Origin: Myxococcota bacterium | Lineage (GTDB): Bacteria; Myxococcota_A; SURF-8 | Assembly (NCBI GenBank): GCA_965140415.1 | Contig: OZ223209.1 | Coordinates: 3,872,001 to 3,936,000, forward strand | Reading direction: 5' to 3' | Length of the DNA: 64,000 bases | Shown here: in pieces, positions 40,446 through 49,591 of the stretch | Position numbering within the stretch: position 1 is the first letter of the stretch | Layout of the letters: each line of letters opens with the position of its first letter | Notes under the pieces: generated by a model | Database searches by the model: none | The model's input: only the letters and a program-made list of their open reading frames with translations | What the model was told of the DNA's origin: nothing | Program-made: the position numbers and the translations under genes

Positions 40446-41186
40446 CTACCATTCCCAATCGTTCATCGATTCGAGCATGGAATGGGCGGTCAGGTTAAGG
40501 GAAAGCGGCGTGACCGACACCATCCCGTTTTCTATCACTTCCATATCGCTTCCCGGTACCGGTTCGACGCCCATGGCGTCTCCGCCGATCCAGTAATATT
40601 CTTTTCCTCGCGGGTCCAATCGCTTGACCACAAACTGGCGGTAGTCGCGCCGTCCCAGGCGCGTCAAACGAATCTGCGCCTTTTCCGCGTCGATCTGCGG
40701 CGGGATATTGACGTTCAATAGGCGACGCGCAGGCAGTCCCTGCTTGGCCACTTTTACGGCGATACGCCGCGCCACTTTTGCGGCCTCGGTATAATTCAGG
40801 TTAGCGAAACCGACGATCGAAAACGCAATAGAAGGAATGTTGAGCACCGCGCCTTCCATGGCGGCGGCAACAGTGCCGGAATAGGTAACATCGTCTCCCA
40901 GGTTCGGTCCACGGTTGATGCCGGAGAGGATGATGTCCGGCGGTTTGGGCAGAACCTGATGAAGGCCCACATAGACCGAATCGGTCGGGGTGCCATCCAC
41001 CGAAACCCAACGCTCGGATAAATACTTTATTCGCAACGGGCGACTCAATGTCAGTTTGTGCGACGAGGCGCTCTGCTCACGATCGGGAGCCACCACCCAG
41101 ACTTCGTGATCCGGCTCAAAGACTTCCGCCAAAGCCTTGATTCCCTCCGCCTGGATTCCATCGTCGTTCGTCACCAGAATGCGCAT
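40446..41186 (-). CDS. surE: 5'/3'-nucleotidase SurE
   Basis: ILVTNDDG, APDREQS, GTPTD and SGINRGPNLGDDVTYSGT. Confidence 0.97.
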   Translation of the reverse strand: MRILVTNDDGIQAEGIKALAEVFEPDHEVWVVAPDREQSASSHKLTLSRPLRIKYLSERWVSVDGTPTDSVYVGLHQVLPKPPDIILSGINRGPNLGDDVTYSGTVAAAMEGAVLNIPSIAFSIVGFANLNYTEAAKVARRIAVKVAKQGLPARRLLNVNIPPQIDAEKAQIRLTRLGRRDYRQFVVKRLDPRGKEYYWIGGDAMGVEPVPGSDMEVIENGMVSVTPLSLNLTAHSMLESMNDWEW

Positions 41187-41426
41187 TGCAGCATCGATCC
41201 TTTCTTATTTATGGCGTACTCTTATACTCAATCGAACGAATGGGATCAAGGAAAAACGGGAAAACACGGAATCTGCATGTATGAATTTCACAGATCCACC
41301 ACTCTCACTTCCGTGAATTTCTTTGCGTCGCTGCATCCTTTTTGGTATGGTCTTTCCGTCTAACTGTTGGAATGGAAAACAATAGCGAATACCGAACGCA
41401 AACGCACCGAATAGGGAGAGATTCGC

Positions 41427-41636
41427 GTGGGCAGACGCACGGTCCAGAAGAAAATCGTCATCACCAAAAAAGACGGCCAGGTTCGGGTGCCGATCAGTTT
41501 TCAACGCACCGCCATGGTGCTATTGGCCAGCACCGCCGCAATGTGGACCGTGGTAAATTATGGCGACTCGCTACGGGAGTTACTCTCGCAATTATGGGTC
41601 TGGCTATTGACGTTGGTAGACGGCACACCAAAATAG
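41427..41636 (+). CDS. Small hypothetical membrane protein
   Basis: GTG after AGGGAG; basic N-terminus and a hydrophobic segment; fills an intergenic gap. Confidence 0.45.
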   Translation: MGRRTVQKKIVITKKDGQVRVPISFQRTAMVLLASTAAMWTVVNYGDSLRELLSQLWVWLLTLVDGTPK

Positions 41637-41789
41637 GCGGGCATCCAAGCGTTCAGTCAACACAAAAACAAACGGAAAACAGCTTGACGACATTCGTGCA
41701 ATGCTGTTATGAATAACGGACAATTTATTTAAATTCAACAGCTTACCGATCCATAAACTAGGTGGATAATCGCAAATGCGAAGGAGAAA

Positions 41790-43457
41790 ATGATGTTCAG
41801 CATTATCCTGCAATCCGAAAATCAGGAGCCCCGTCGTTTCGATTTTGACAAAGAGGAAGTCACCATCGGGCGGCTGTCCACCTCGGACATCTCCCTCAAG
41901 GCGAGCAACGTATCCAAACAACATACTCGCATCGTTTTTCGCGAGGGACGCTATTTCATTATCGATCGCAAGTCCACCAACGGCACCTTCGTCAACGGTA
42001 AGCGCGTCACCGCGCCAGTTTCCCTTTCCGCCGGCGACAAGGTGTTTATCGGCGATTTCTCGTTGACCTTCCTGGTTCCCGAAAGCGAAGCCAAACCCAA
42101 AGAAGCTCCTGCCAAACCAGCCACCAAGACCGTTACCGCACCGCCGCTGCCACCCAAGCCGCAGGCTGCACCTGCCGCTGCCGCTGCTCCGGAAGCAGAG
42201 GAGAAACCGGAAGAACCGAAACTTCCCGAACTGGTCCCGCAGGAAGAAGAAAAGCCGGAACCAGCTTTGGATATGTATCTGGAACAACGCTATCAACTCT
42301 TCAGTATGGCGATTGAATTCGATGAATTCGAATCGGGCGAAGACATTGCAGAATACCGCCTGGACGATGAAGAAGTCGTCGAGAGTGTTTCCGAAAAGCT
42401 GTCTAAGCTGATCGAGAAAGAAGCCGAATCCGACCTGCCAGCCGACATTCTGGCGACCATGCACGCCGCCTTGTTGGAGGAACTGCTCGGCTACGGCTGT
42501 CTGGAGAAATACCTTTACGACGACACCATCTCGGAAATTTTCATCAACGGCCCCACCCGCATCGTGCTGCATCGCGGAAACCAGAAACTGGTCGCGCCCG
42601 AAACCTTTACCTGTGAAGAAGCCCTTTTATTGGTGCTTAACCGTATGCTCGCCCCGGCGGGTGTCGATTTGGAAGAAGAAACCGCCATCATCGATGTCAA
42701 ACTGCCCGAAGGTTTTGCCTTTGCCGGAGTGCTTTACCCTTATTCGTTGATGGGCACCTCGCTGCGCATCAGTAAAACAAGCGGCGAGAGCATGACGATG
42801 GATACGCTACAGAATGAGGGCGTCTTGAATGACGACATCGCCACCTACCTGCAACAGGCCGTCAACGAACACAAAACGGTGCTAGTGACGGGACGTGACG
42901 ATAACGCCCGCTTCCACCTGCTGGGCGCCATCGCCAATCTGATTCCGGACAACGAGCGACTCGCGTTGGTCAATGCCGGTGCGGGACTGTTACTTCCGCA
43001 CCCGGATCAGGTTTCGTTTGAAGGCATTGTCGGCGATGTGGTCGAGTCCGACCTGGCCATGGGAACCGGAGACCTGTTACGGCACCTCGGACGACTTTCC
43101 GCCGACCGGTTGATTTTGAAAGATCTGCGCGAAGACGCCGCCATCGAATTGCTCTATGCCCTGGATAGTGGGCTGTGTGGCTCGGTCTTCTCGCTCTTCG
43201 GTCATGGTGCAGTCGATGCCGCCAAGCGTCTGGCCCGCATGGCGGTCTACGTCGAGGGTGACCAGGGTCGCTCTCTGGTAAACGAGCTGATCGATGAGAC
43301 CGTGGATGTCATCATTACGATTGACGTATACAAAAGCGGTGACCGCCGTGTAAGCGCCGTTTCCGAATGGAACGAGGGAAAAGCCAAGGATGTCTTCGTC
43401 TTCAATCCGACGGCTGACACAGCAGAAAAACTGGAAGGCGATTTCGCCAAGAAATAG
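41790..43457 (+). CDS. FHA domain fused to degenerate CpaF/TadA-like ATPase
   Basis: FHA (GR, VSKQH, STNGTFVNG), Pro/Glu linker, CpaF-like LLGYG.LE..L.DD.ISEIFING; Walker A and B are degenerate. Confidence 0.85.
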   Translation: MMFSIILQSENQEPRRFDFDKEEVTIGRLSTSDISLKASNVSKQHTRIVFREGRYFIIDRKSTNGTFVNGKRVTAPVSLSAGDKVFIGDFSLTFLVPESEAKPKEAPAKPATKTVTAPPLPPKPQAAPAAAAAPEAEEKPEEPKLPELVPQEEEKPEPALDMYLEQRYQLFSMAIEFDEFESGEDIAEYRLDDEEVVESVSEKLSKLIEKEAESDLPADILATMHAALLEELLGYGCLEKYLYDDTISEIFINGPTRIVLHRGNQKLVAPETFTCEEALLLVLNRMLAPAGVDLEEETAIIDVKLPEGFAFAGVLYPYSLMGTSLRISKTSGESMTMDTLQNEGVLNDDIATYLQQAVNEHKTVLVTGRDDNARFHLLGAIANLIPDNERLALVNAGAGLLLPHPDQVSFEGIVGDVVESDLAMGTGDLLRHLGRLSADRLILKDLREDAAIELLYALDSGLCGSVFSLFGHGAVDAAKRLARMAVYVEGDQGRSLVNELIDETVDVIITIDVYKSGDRRVSAVSEWNEGKAKDVFVFNPTADTAEKLEGDFAKK

Positions 43458-43482
43458 CCAGGAAGACCATCTTCATAACAGA

Positions 43483-43514
43483 CGCCCCTTGAAAAACTTC
43501 AAGGGGCGCTTTTG
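43483..43514 (+). terminator. Intrinsic terminator
   Basis: CGCCCCTTGAA-aaac-TTCAAGGGGCG plus T-run. Confidence 0.85.
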
Positions 43515-43583
43515 TTTCTGAGTTCACACTAAAAATATAAAAAGAATCCCCCGCGCTTTTCAATGAAATCGAACGCGAAAGGG

Positions 43584-43612
43584 TTGACGAACGAAGCCTT
43601 ATCCGCTATATA
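43584..43612 (+). promoter_or_regulatory. Putative sigma-70 promoter
   Basis: TTGACG-17 nt-TATATA, giving a leader of about 180 nt before the CoA-transferase gene. Confidence 0.65.
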
Positions 43613-43800
43613 GGTTGTCGGCATTTCTCGGAAGACAGTACACGAGTGGTGCATCTGTTTTCCCTGACCGGCAAAAACCGTAACGCCTTCGCAGCTTTAG
43701 ATGCCGGGCCGCTGTTATCGAGTCATGATCGCATCGCTGCAAACAGATGCACAACTGATTATTACATGTTGAAATTCGCCCACGTGAAGGCAGGAGGAAA

Positions 43801-45456
43801 ATGATGGCGACCCATTCGTACCCAAAATTCTTTCAGGATCACATTCTAACCAACGAAGAAGCGTTGAAACGGACCGTTATTTCGGGCCGAACCGTCGCCT
43901 CCGGTTTTGCGACCAGCGAACCGCATAAATTCTACGAAACCCTCTGGGAGCATATTCAGAAAGAGGATGTCGTCGATTTGACGATCAAACAAGCACTCTT
44001 TCTTGCCCCCCATAAGCTCTTGCTTGGCGATACGATGGAAAGCAAGGGCAAGTTCGAAAACTTGGCTCAAAGCGCCAGTTCTTCGATTATCTCTCGCATC
44101 GCCCAAAGCGCCAACCTCGTTACGAAGAAACTTGAAGGTCTAAAGCGCCTCGTAGGGCACTATGAAGAACTGAAAGAACGCCGCATCGTGTTCATGTCGC
44201 CTTTCATCGGTGCGACCAACAATATCGTCATTCCCGGCAACGCCATGACGCACGTGCTGTATCCTGATTATGTAGGCCGCAACACGACGCGCATGGGCAT
44301 CACCGACATGCAGTCCATCCACTTCCCCGACGCGGTGGATTCAATGGGTTACAATCCGGACGGCAAGCCGGTTGTCGATTGTTTCATCACGGTGCTGACG
44401 CCTCCCAATGAGGACGGTGAGATGAGCCTGGGACCGGCCAACGGTGCCAACATGGAAATCGTCGAGAAAGTGCTGCGCCAGAAAGATGCCGATCTACTGG
44501 TATACATCAACGGTCGCTATCCCTTCACACGTGGTTACGGAGACGCGCCGAACACGGTTAACGTAAACGATTTCGAAGGTCTGGCCAAAGCAGGACGTCT
44601 GTTCGTAGTCGAAGACGATTCCAAAATCCCCTGCATGCCCAAAGGCAGCTTCGACAATCCGGAACCGCGCGAAGAGAAAATCGCGGAGATCCTGGTCAAC
44701 CATATCGAATTGAATAAGCATTACAGCTACGGACGCGCGATTCAAGTCGGTTTCGGCGGTACCGGTGTATTGGCCATTCGCAACCTGAAAGATTCCGGCT
44801 GGCATGGACGCAGCTACACGGAAATGATGGAACCCTTCACGTTGGATCTGTTTGAAGCGGGCAAAATCGCCGGTTCACATTTCATTGAAAAAGACGGTCG
44901 CCGCACTCAGCTGGACGGCAAAATGGTTTGTACCTTCACGCTGGCAGAAGACGGAAGCGACTTCTACAAAAAACTGGACAACAATCCCAATATCATCATC
45001 TCCGCGGCCTCGCGCGTCGTCATTCCGGAAGGATTCTACGGCGGACTGGGAATCAACAACTGCCTCGGAGTGGATTTCAACGGCCATGTCGTCTCCGGTG
45101 GACGCGGCAAGAATCACCATTCCGGCGTCGGTGGCGGAGCCATGATCTTCCGTGGTCTGGGAAATGGCGGTCTTGGCTACCTCTGCCTCAAATCCACTCA
45201 CAAAGACATGGAAGGTCGCCTGCGCTCCTCGATCTTCCCCTTCCTGCCGCTGGGCACGCCAATCAGCCACATCGGTCCCGACCTGATGGGTGGTCGTTCC
45301 GGAGCCCGCTTGTTTATCGTTACCGAACACGGCGTGGCTCAGGTTTCCGGTCAAAGCCAGGCCAATCTGGTAAGGAATCTGATCGGTGTCGCCGATCCGC
45401 GCTTCCGCGATTACCTCAAGCACGAAGCATGGCAACACTACCGGATTAAGGTCTAA
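43801..45456 (+). CDS. Divergent acetyl-CoA hydrolase/CoA-transferase family protein
   Basis: RBS AGGAGG; QVGFGG, YTEM (catalytic Glu position), INNCLGVD..G, SGVGG and IVTEHGVA...LIGVADPRFR. Confidence 0.8.
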   Translation: MMATHSYPKFFQDHILTNEEALKRTVISGRTVASGFATSEPHKFYETLWEHIQKEDVVDLTIKQALFLAPHKLLLGDTMESKGKFENLAQSASSSIISRIAQSANLVTKKLEGLKRLVGHYEELKERRIVFMSPFIGATNNIVIPGNAMTHVLYPDYVGRNTTRMGITDMQSIHFPDAVDSMGYNPDGKPVVDCFITVLTPPNEDGEMSLGPANGANMEIVEKVLRQKDADLLVYINGRYPFTRGYGDAPNTVNVNDFEGLAKAGRLFVVEDDSKIPCMPKGSFDNPEPREEKIAEILVNHIELNKHYSYGRAIQVGFGGTGVLAIRNLKDSGWHGRSYTEMMEPFTLDLFEAGKIAGSHFIEKDGRRTQLDGKMVCTFTLAEDGSDFYKKLDNNPNIIISAASRVVIPEGFYGGLGINNCLGVDFNGHVVSGGRGKNHHSGVGGGAMIFRGLGNGGLGYLCLKSTHKDMEGRLRSSIFPFLPLGTPISHIGPDLMGGRSGARLFIVTEHGVAQVSGQSQANLVRNLIGVADPRFRDYLKHEAWQHYRIKV

Positions 45457-45499
45457 CAACCTCAGCAAGAATCAATCCGTATAAGATTGAGTTTCGGTT

Positions 45500-45541
45500 A
45501 TAGAAAAACGTCCTCGCCTTGATGCGGGGACGTTTTTCTAT
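45500..45541. terminator. Bidirectional intrinsic terminator
   Basis: ATAGAAAAACGTCC...GGACGTTTTTCTAT between convergent genes. Confidence 0.88.
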
Positions 45542-45572
45542 TGGGAAGCGATAGAAGATAAAATCTTCCGTT

Positions 45573-46037
45573 TCAATTCCGATCCAGAACGATCTGATCC
45601 ACCTTGATTTCGTCATGATCGATCAATAAGCGAGCGATAGAGGGAGGATGGGGAGCGCGTCCGGGTCCGGCACTGCCTGGATTTACGATCAGCACTCCAT
45701 TGTCCCGTAGTTCAGAGGGCTTGTGCGTATGCCCGTGAACCACTACGGAAATTTTGGCGGATCGAGGATCTAAATCAAGCGCCAGCAAATCGTGAAGAAC
45801 ATGAAAAGAGATTCCTTCGATTTCGAAGGTTTCCTCTTCCGGCAATCTCCTCGCCCAGGATTCTCTGTCCATATTTCCTCGCACCGCAGTCACCGGCGCT
45901 AGCGACTTCAACTGATCTAATATTTGCTGTGAACCGATATCGCCGGCATGGATGATATGGGCTACATCAGAAAAAATTCGCAGCACTTCCGGTCTTAACT
46001 GACCGTGAGTGTCTGAAATCAAGCCGATTACCGTCAT
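45573..46037 (-). CDS. YfcE/MJ0936-type metallophosphoesterase
   Basis: SDTH, HAGD, GNMD, GHTH and NPGS. Confidence 0.93.
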   Translation of the reverse strand: MTVIGLISDTHGQLRPEVLRIFSDVAHIIHAGDIGSQQILDQLKSLAPVTAVRGNMDRESWARRLPEEETFEIEGISFHVLHDLLALDLDPRSAKISVVVHGHTHKPSELRDNGVLIVNPGSAGPGRAPHPPSIARLLIDHDEIKVDQIVLDRN

Positions 46038-46176
46038 GCAGTCTTCCTTTCAAGACCGTTTCTTCTCTTTTTTAAGAATATTCCTATTCCCCTTGGAATG
46101 TCAATTATTTACAGCAAGTTACAAGAATTGAGTCAAATCACGATGCGGATAGAAGAAATCAAGCCTCCGAATACTA

Positions 46177-47859
46177 TCAAGTGGCCATTACAACTTGATT
46201 GCGACCCGCCTTTTTCGCCTGATACAATGCATCGTCTGCTGCGGCAATAATAAGCTCCTCATGACCGTCATCAGGACTGTAAGTAGCCACACCGATACTA
46301 ACGGTCTGTATCATACCGAATTGACACAGCTTTGTGGACTCGCAAGCCCTGCGGACACGCTGTGCAATGTCATAGGCTCGATTCGCTTTGCAATCCGGTA
46401 GCAAAACGACCATTTCTTCACCACCATAGCGACAGGCGACATCTTCGCGACGGACGTTTTGTTTAACAAGATCCGCAATCCTTGCTAAAACCAAATCGCC
46501 AGCCTCGTGACCATGGGTGTCATTGACTTTTTTGAACAGGTCCAAATCGATCATCAGAAGCGAAAACGGCTGTTCCGTTTCTTTTGCTTCATCTATCAAC
46601 TGCTTGATTTTCTTGTCGAAAAAGCGCCTATTCATCAGTCCGGTAAGTGCGTCGAGGAAAGCAAGTTCTTCCAGAATCCTGTTTTTCCTCATGATTTCAT
46701 TAAACAGTTCCTTTACACGTAACTGACTCCCCAACCGAGCAAGCAATTCCTGTTTTGTAAAGGGTTTCGTAATAAAATCATTTGCACCGGACTGCAAACA
46801 GTTCAACATCGTAGCAGAATCATCCTGTCCGGTAAGCATGAGGATGGAAACACTATCGAACCTGGAATCCGAGCGGATTTCTCGTATCAGGTCCAAACCG
46901 GAGCCATCCGGTAAACTGAGATCGACGGAGATGATATCCGGCTTGCTGACAGTCAGATGGGCTTTGAACTCCTTGATTGTACTGTAGGATATTGTGGATA
47001 ATCCAACCTCGGAAGCAATCTTTGTAATAATAGAAGCGATGATCGTACTATCCTCAAGCACGACCAAACTGCCCCTGCTGTTTCCGGCAGTCAAGGGAAT
47101 GACATCGTGCAGAGCTTTTGCCAATAAGGCGCTCTCGACCGGCTTTGGCAACATATCCACGGCCCCTGCCCAGAATCCCTTCTTTGTTGTATCTTCACTG
47201 ATTGTAGCGGATTCGATGATCACCGGGATTCGACGGGTTCTTGGATTTGCCGCCAATTCCGTACATACCTCGTAACCGCTCATTCCCGGCATCTGCAAAT
47301 CTACAATCACGACGTGCGGCATTGTCTCCAGCACAAGATCAATTCCCTCGCGACCATCCGTAGCGGTATCGACATGAAAACCAAAGCCTTCGATCTGCTT
47401 TTTCAAGACAGACACGACGGTTTTACTGTCATCAATCAGCACGACTCGCGGCTTTTCGGAATTTCCCCTTTTCTTTTCTGCAACAAAGGGTTCGAAAACC
47501 TCGAAAATATCTTCTCTTGAGAACGGCTTGAATAGAACACCGTTGACGATCTCGATATCCCACTCCGCCTCCATATCCTTTTTTTCCAGGGATGTGGTAA
47601 CGATAACCGTGGGATTCAGATCCGGGCAATCTGCATTTAGATCGGAAATGATATCCGCTGGGGAATACTCCTCTGGGACACCGGGAAAAACCAGAAAGTC
47701 CGGGGCATACTCACTAAGTTCTTCCGGATCGTAAGAATCTCCTTCGAAAAAGAATAGTTGATACTCAGTATCTGATAGGAACTTGGACCATAGCGTCCGC
47801 ATTACATTGGAATGTTCGAAAACTCCAACTTTGAGTTTGGTAGATTGCTTCAAGTCCAT
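46177..47859 (-). CDS. Diguanylate cyclase with three receiver domains
   Basis: Degenerate REC, REC (DD, DLQMP, KP), REC (ED, DLSLP, KPF), DALTGL.NRR, D.D.FKKVND..GH, RRED I-site and GGEEM. Confidence 0.92.
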   Translation of the reverse strand: MDLKQSTKLKVGVFEHSNVMRTLWSKFLSDTEYQLFFFEGDSYDPEELSEYAPDFLVFPGVPEEYSPADIISDLNADCPDLNPTVIVTTSLEKKDMEAEWDIEIVNGVLFKPFSREDIFEVFEPFVAEKKRGNSEKPRVVLIDDSKTVVSVLKKQIEGFGFHVDTATDGREGIDLVLETMPHVVIVDLQMPGMSGYEVCTELAANPRTRRIPVIIESATISEDTTKKGFWAGAVDMLPKPVESALLAKALHDVIPLTAGNSRGSLVVLEDSTIIASIITKIASEVGLSTISYSTIKEFKAHLTVSKPDIISVDLSLPDGSGLDLIREIRSDSRFDSVSILMLTGQDDSATMLNCLQSGANDFITKPFTKQELLARLGSQLRVKELFNEIMRKNRILEELAFLDALTGLMNRRFFDKKIKQLIDEAKETEQPFSLLMIDLDLFKKVNDTHGHEAGDLVLARIADLVKQNVRREDVACRYGGEEMVVLLPDCKANRAYDIAQRVRRACESTKLCQFGMIQTVSIGVATYSPDDGHEELIIAAADDALYQAKKAGRNQVVMAT

Positions 47860-48115
47860 CTTTTTCTGCCCCGCGATTTAGCTGAGAATCAATTGGTACG
47901 TTCTTATATTGATGTCAAAAGGAACCGAACAACCCCGCTAGTAGAATAGCACATTGGAAAGCGATGTTTAAATTTTTATTGTTTCAGCTATTTCGAATCA
48001 TTAACAAAACATGGTTTCATAATTCTGAGATAGCTTCGTGTTGTAATCAGAAAATTGCTATGTTACGATTCTGATTGATCCGAATCTGAAAAGACTAGCT
48101 TCGAAGGTAATTGCC

Positions 48116-48940
48116 ATGCCGCCAATAAAACGAATCCATCTCTTAGCTGCCATGATGCTGTTGCTGTCTATAAACCATGTAACCTGCCAATCAGACGACA
48201 GTGCAACCATGGATGCCGACATAGACCAAATAGAAATTGGCGATGGAGAACAGTCGGAAGAAGAGAACTTTAACGTTGCCTGCCTGAACCCGGACACGGA
48301 AGGAGCTACTTCCCGCTGCTTACAAGCGACTAAAACTTCCGAATATTATGTAGAACAAAGCCTGAAATATTTTGACACGTTGGACATTGAAGCCGACCCG
48401 GAAAGCATTCCAAACTACTCGGAGTTGGTTGCTCGCTGGGAATGGCCTCCCTGGCTGAAACTGACCGGCTTCGACCGGGACACAATGAATTCCACAGCAA
48501 CCATCCTACGACAGTTCGACCCGTCTACCGTGCCGGAAAGAGAATGCCGTGCTTTTCAGGTTCAACCCTTTGGCCGTTGTTATATCGTATTTGAATATGA
48601 GGGGCGCCCCTGCCCGATATATGAAGAGTTCACCTTCAACGATCAAGGCGAAATGACCTTCATCGAAGCCTGGTCCGATCAACTAGGTATGCTACCGATG
48701 GACAAAGACCTGGACCGATGGGCGCAAGGAGAAAACGTGCCACGGCTCTCGACCAGACTTCCCGGATTGGGAAACGCTACGGGACGCCTGGATTTAGAAA
48801 GTCAGTGGATGAAAACCGCAGAATCCAACGACCCGGACATCGCCGACTTCGCCATGCGGGCGCGCAATCAATGGAAATACTGGATGGACGAACTCGAAGC
48901 TTCCGGAGATGATTTATATGAACGCGGCTGCGGCTGGTGA
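48116..48940 (+). CDS. Hypothetical secreted protein/lipoprotein
   Basis: Signal peptide with VTC, acidic linker, Trp/Cys-rich globular part; no family recognised. Confidence 0.65.
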   Translation: MPPIKRIHLLAAMMLLLSINHVTCQSDDSATMDADIDQIEIGDGEQSEEENFNVACLNPDTEGATSRCLQATKTSEYYVEQSLKYFDTLDIEADPESIPNYSELVARWEWPPWLKLTGFDRDTMNSTATILRQFDPSTVPERECRAFQVQPFGRCYIVFEYEGRPCPIYEEFTFNDQGEMTFIEAWSDQLGMLPMDKDLDRWAQGENVPRLSTRLPGLGNATGRLDLESQWMKTAESNDPDIADFAMRARNQWKYWMDELEASGDDLYERGCGW

Positions 48941-48983
48941 AAATTGGCCAAGCAGCATAGCGGTAATTAACAATCTCAGGCTA

Positions 48984-49556
48984 TCAGGTCGGCATATCAA
49001 GAACAATATCCTCTCGCTGTGCCGGATCGATTTTCCAGACTTCCCGTCTTTCGAAATGCAATGGACGCGCCACTAAAACATCGGGGAACTGTTCGATATG
49101 CGTATTGAAAACCGTCACGGAATCATTGTAAAACTCGCGCCGGTCTGCGATGTGATCTTCCAACTGACTGATACGCCCCTGCAATCGAAGGAAGTGCTCA
49201 TCTGCTTTAAGTTGCGGATACGCTTCCGAAACGGCAAATAAAGACTTCAAGGTATCTGAAATCGCATTTTGCGCGTCGATCATTTCCTTGTCGCTTCTCG
49301 CATGTCCCATACGGTTACGCGCCTGCACAACGGCTTCCAGCGTTTCCCGCTCGTGCTTCATATACCCCTTGCACACCTCCACAAGCTTGGGAAGTTCATC
49401 GAATCGCTGTTTCAGCAACACATCGATGTTGCTCCACGACTTGTCGATGTTGTTTTTCATGCGGATCAATCCATTGTAAATCACCACAACATAGGTCAGT
49501 AGTCCCAAGATCAGTAAACCTGCTACCGCAAGTACAATCCACCCGATTACCATCAC
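48984..49556 (-). CDS. lemA: LemA family protein
   Basis: N-terminal TM, YNGL, WSNIDVLLKQR, YMKHERETL, EAYPQLKA and RREFYND. Confidence 0.95.
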   Translation of the reverse strand: MMVIGWIVLAVAGLLILGLLTYVVVIYNGLIRMKNNIDKSWSNIDVLLKQRFDELPKLVEVCKGYMKHERETLEAVVQARNRMGHARSDKEMIDAQNAISDTLKSLFAVSEAYPQLKADEHFLRLQGRISQLEDHIADRREFYNDSVTVFNTHIEQFPDVLVARPLHFERREVWKIDPAQREDIVLDMPT

Positions 49557-49591
49557 GTATTCTCCCTGGCGTATTCACGCCGTGATCTAGA

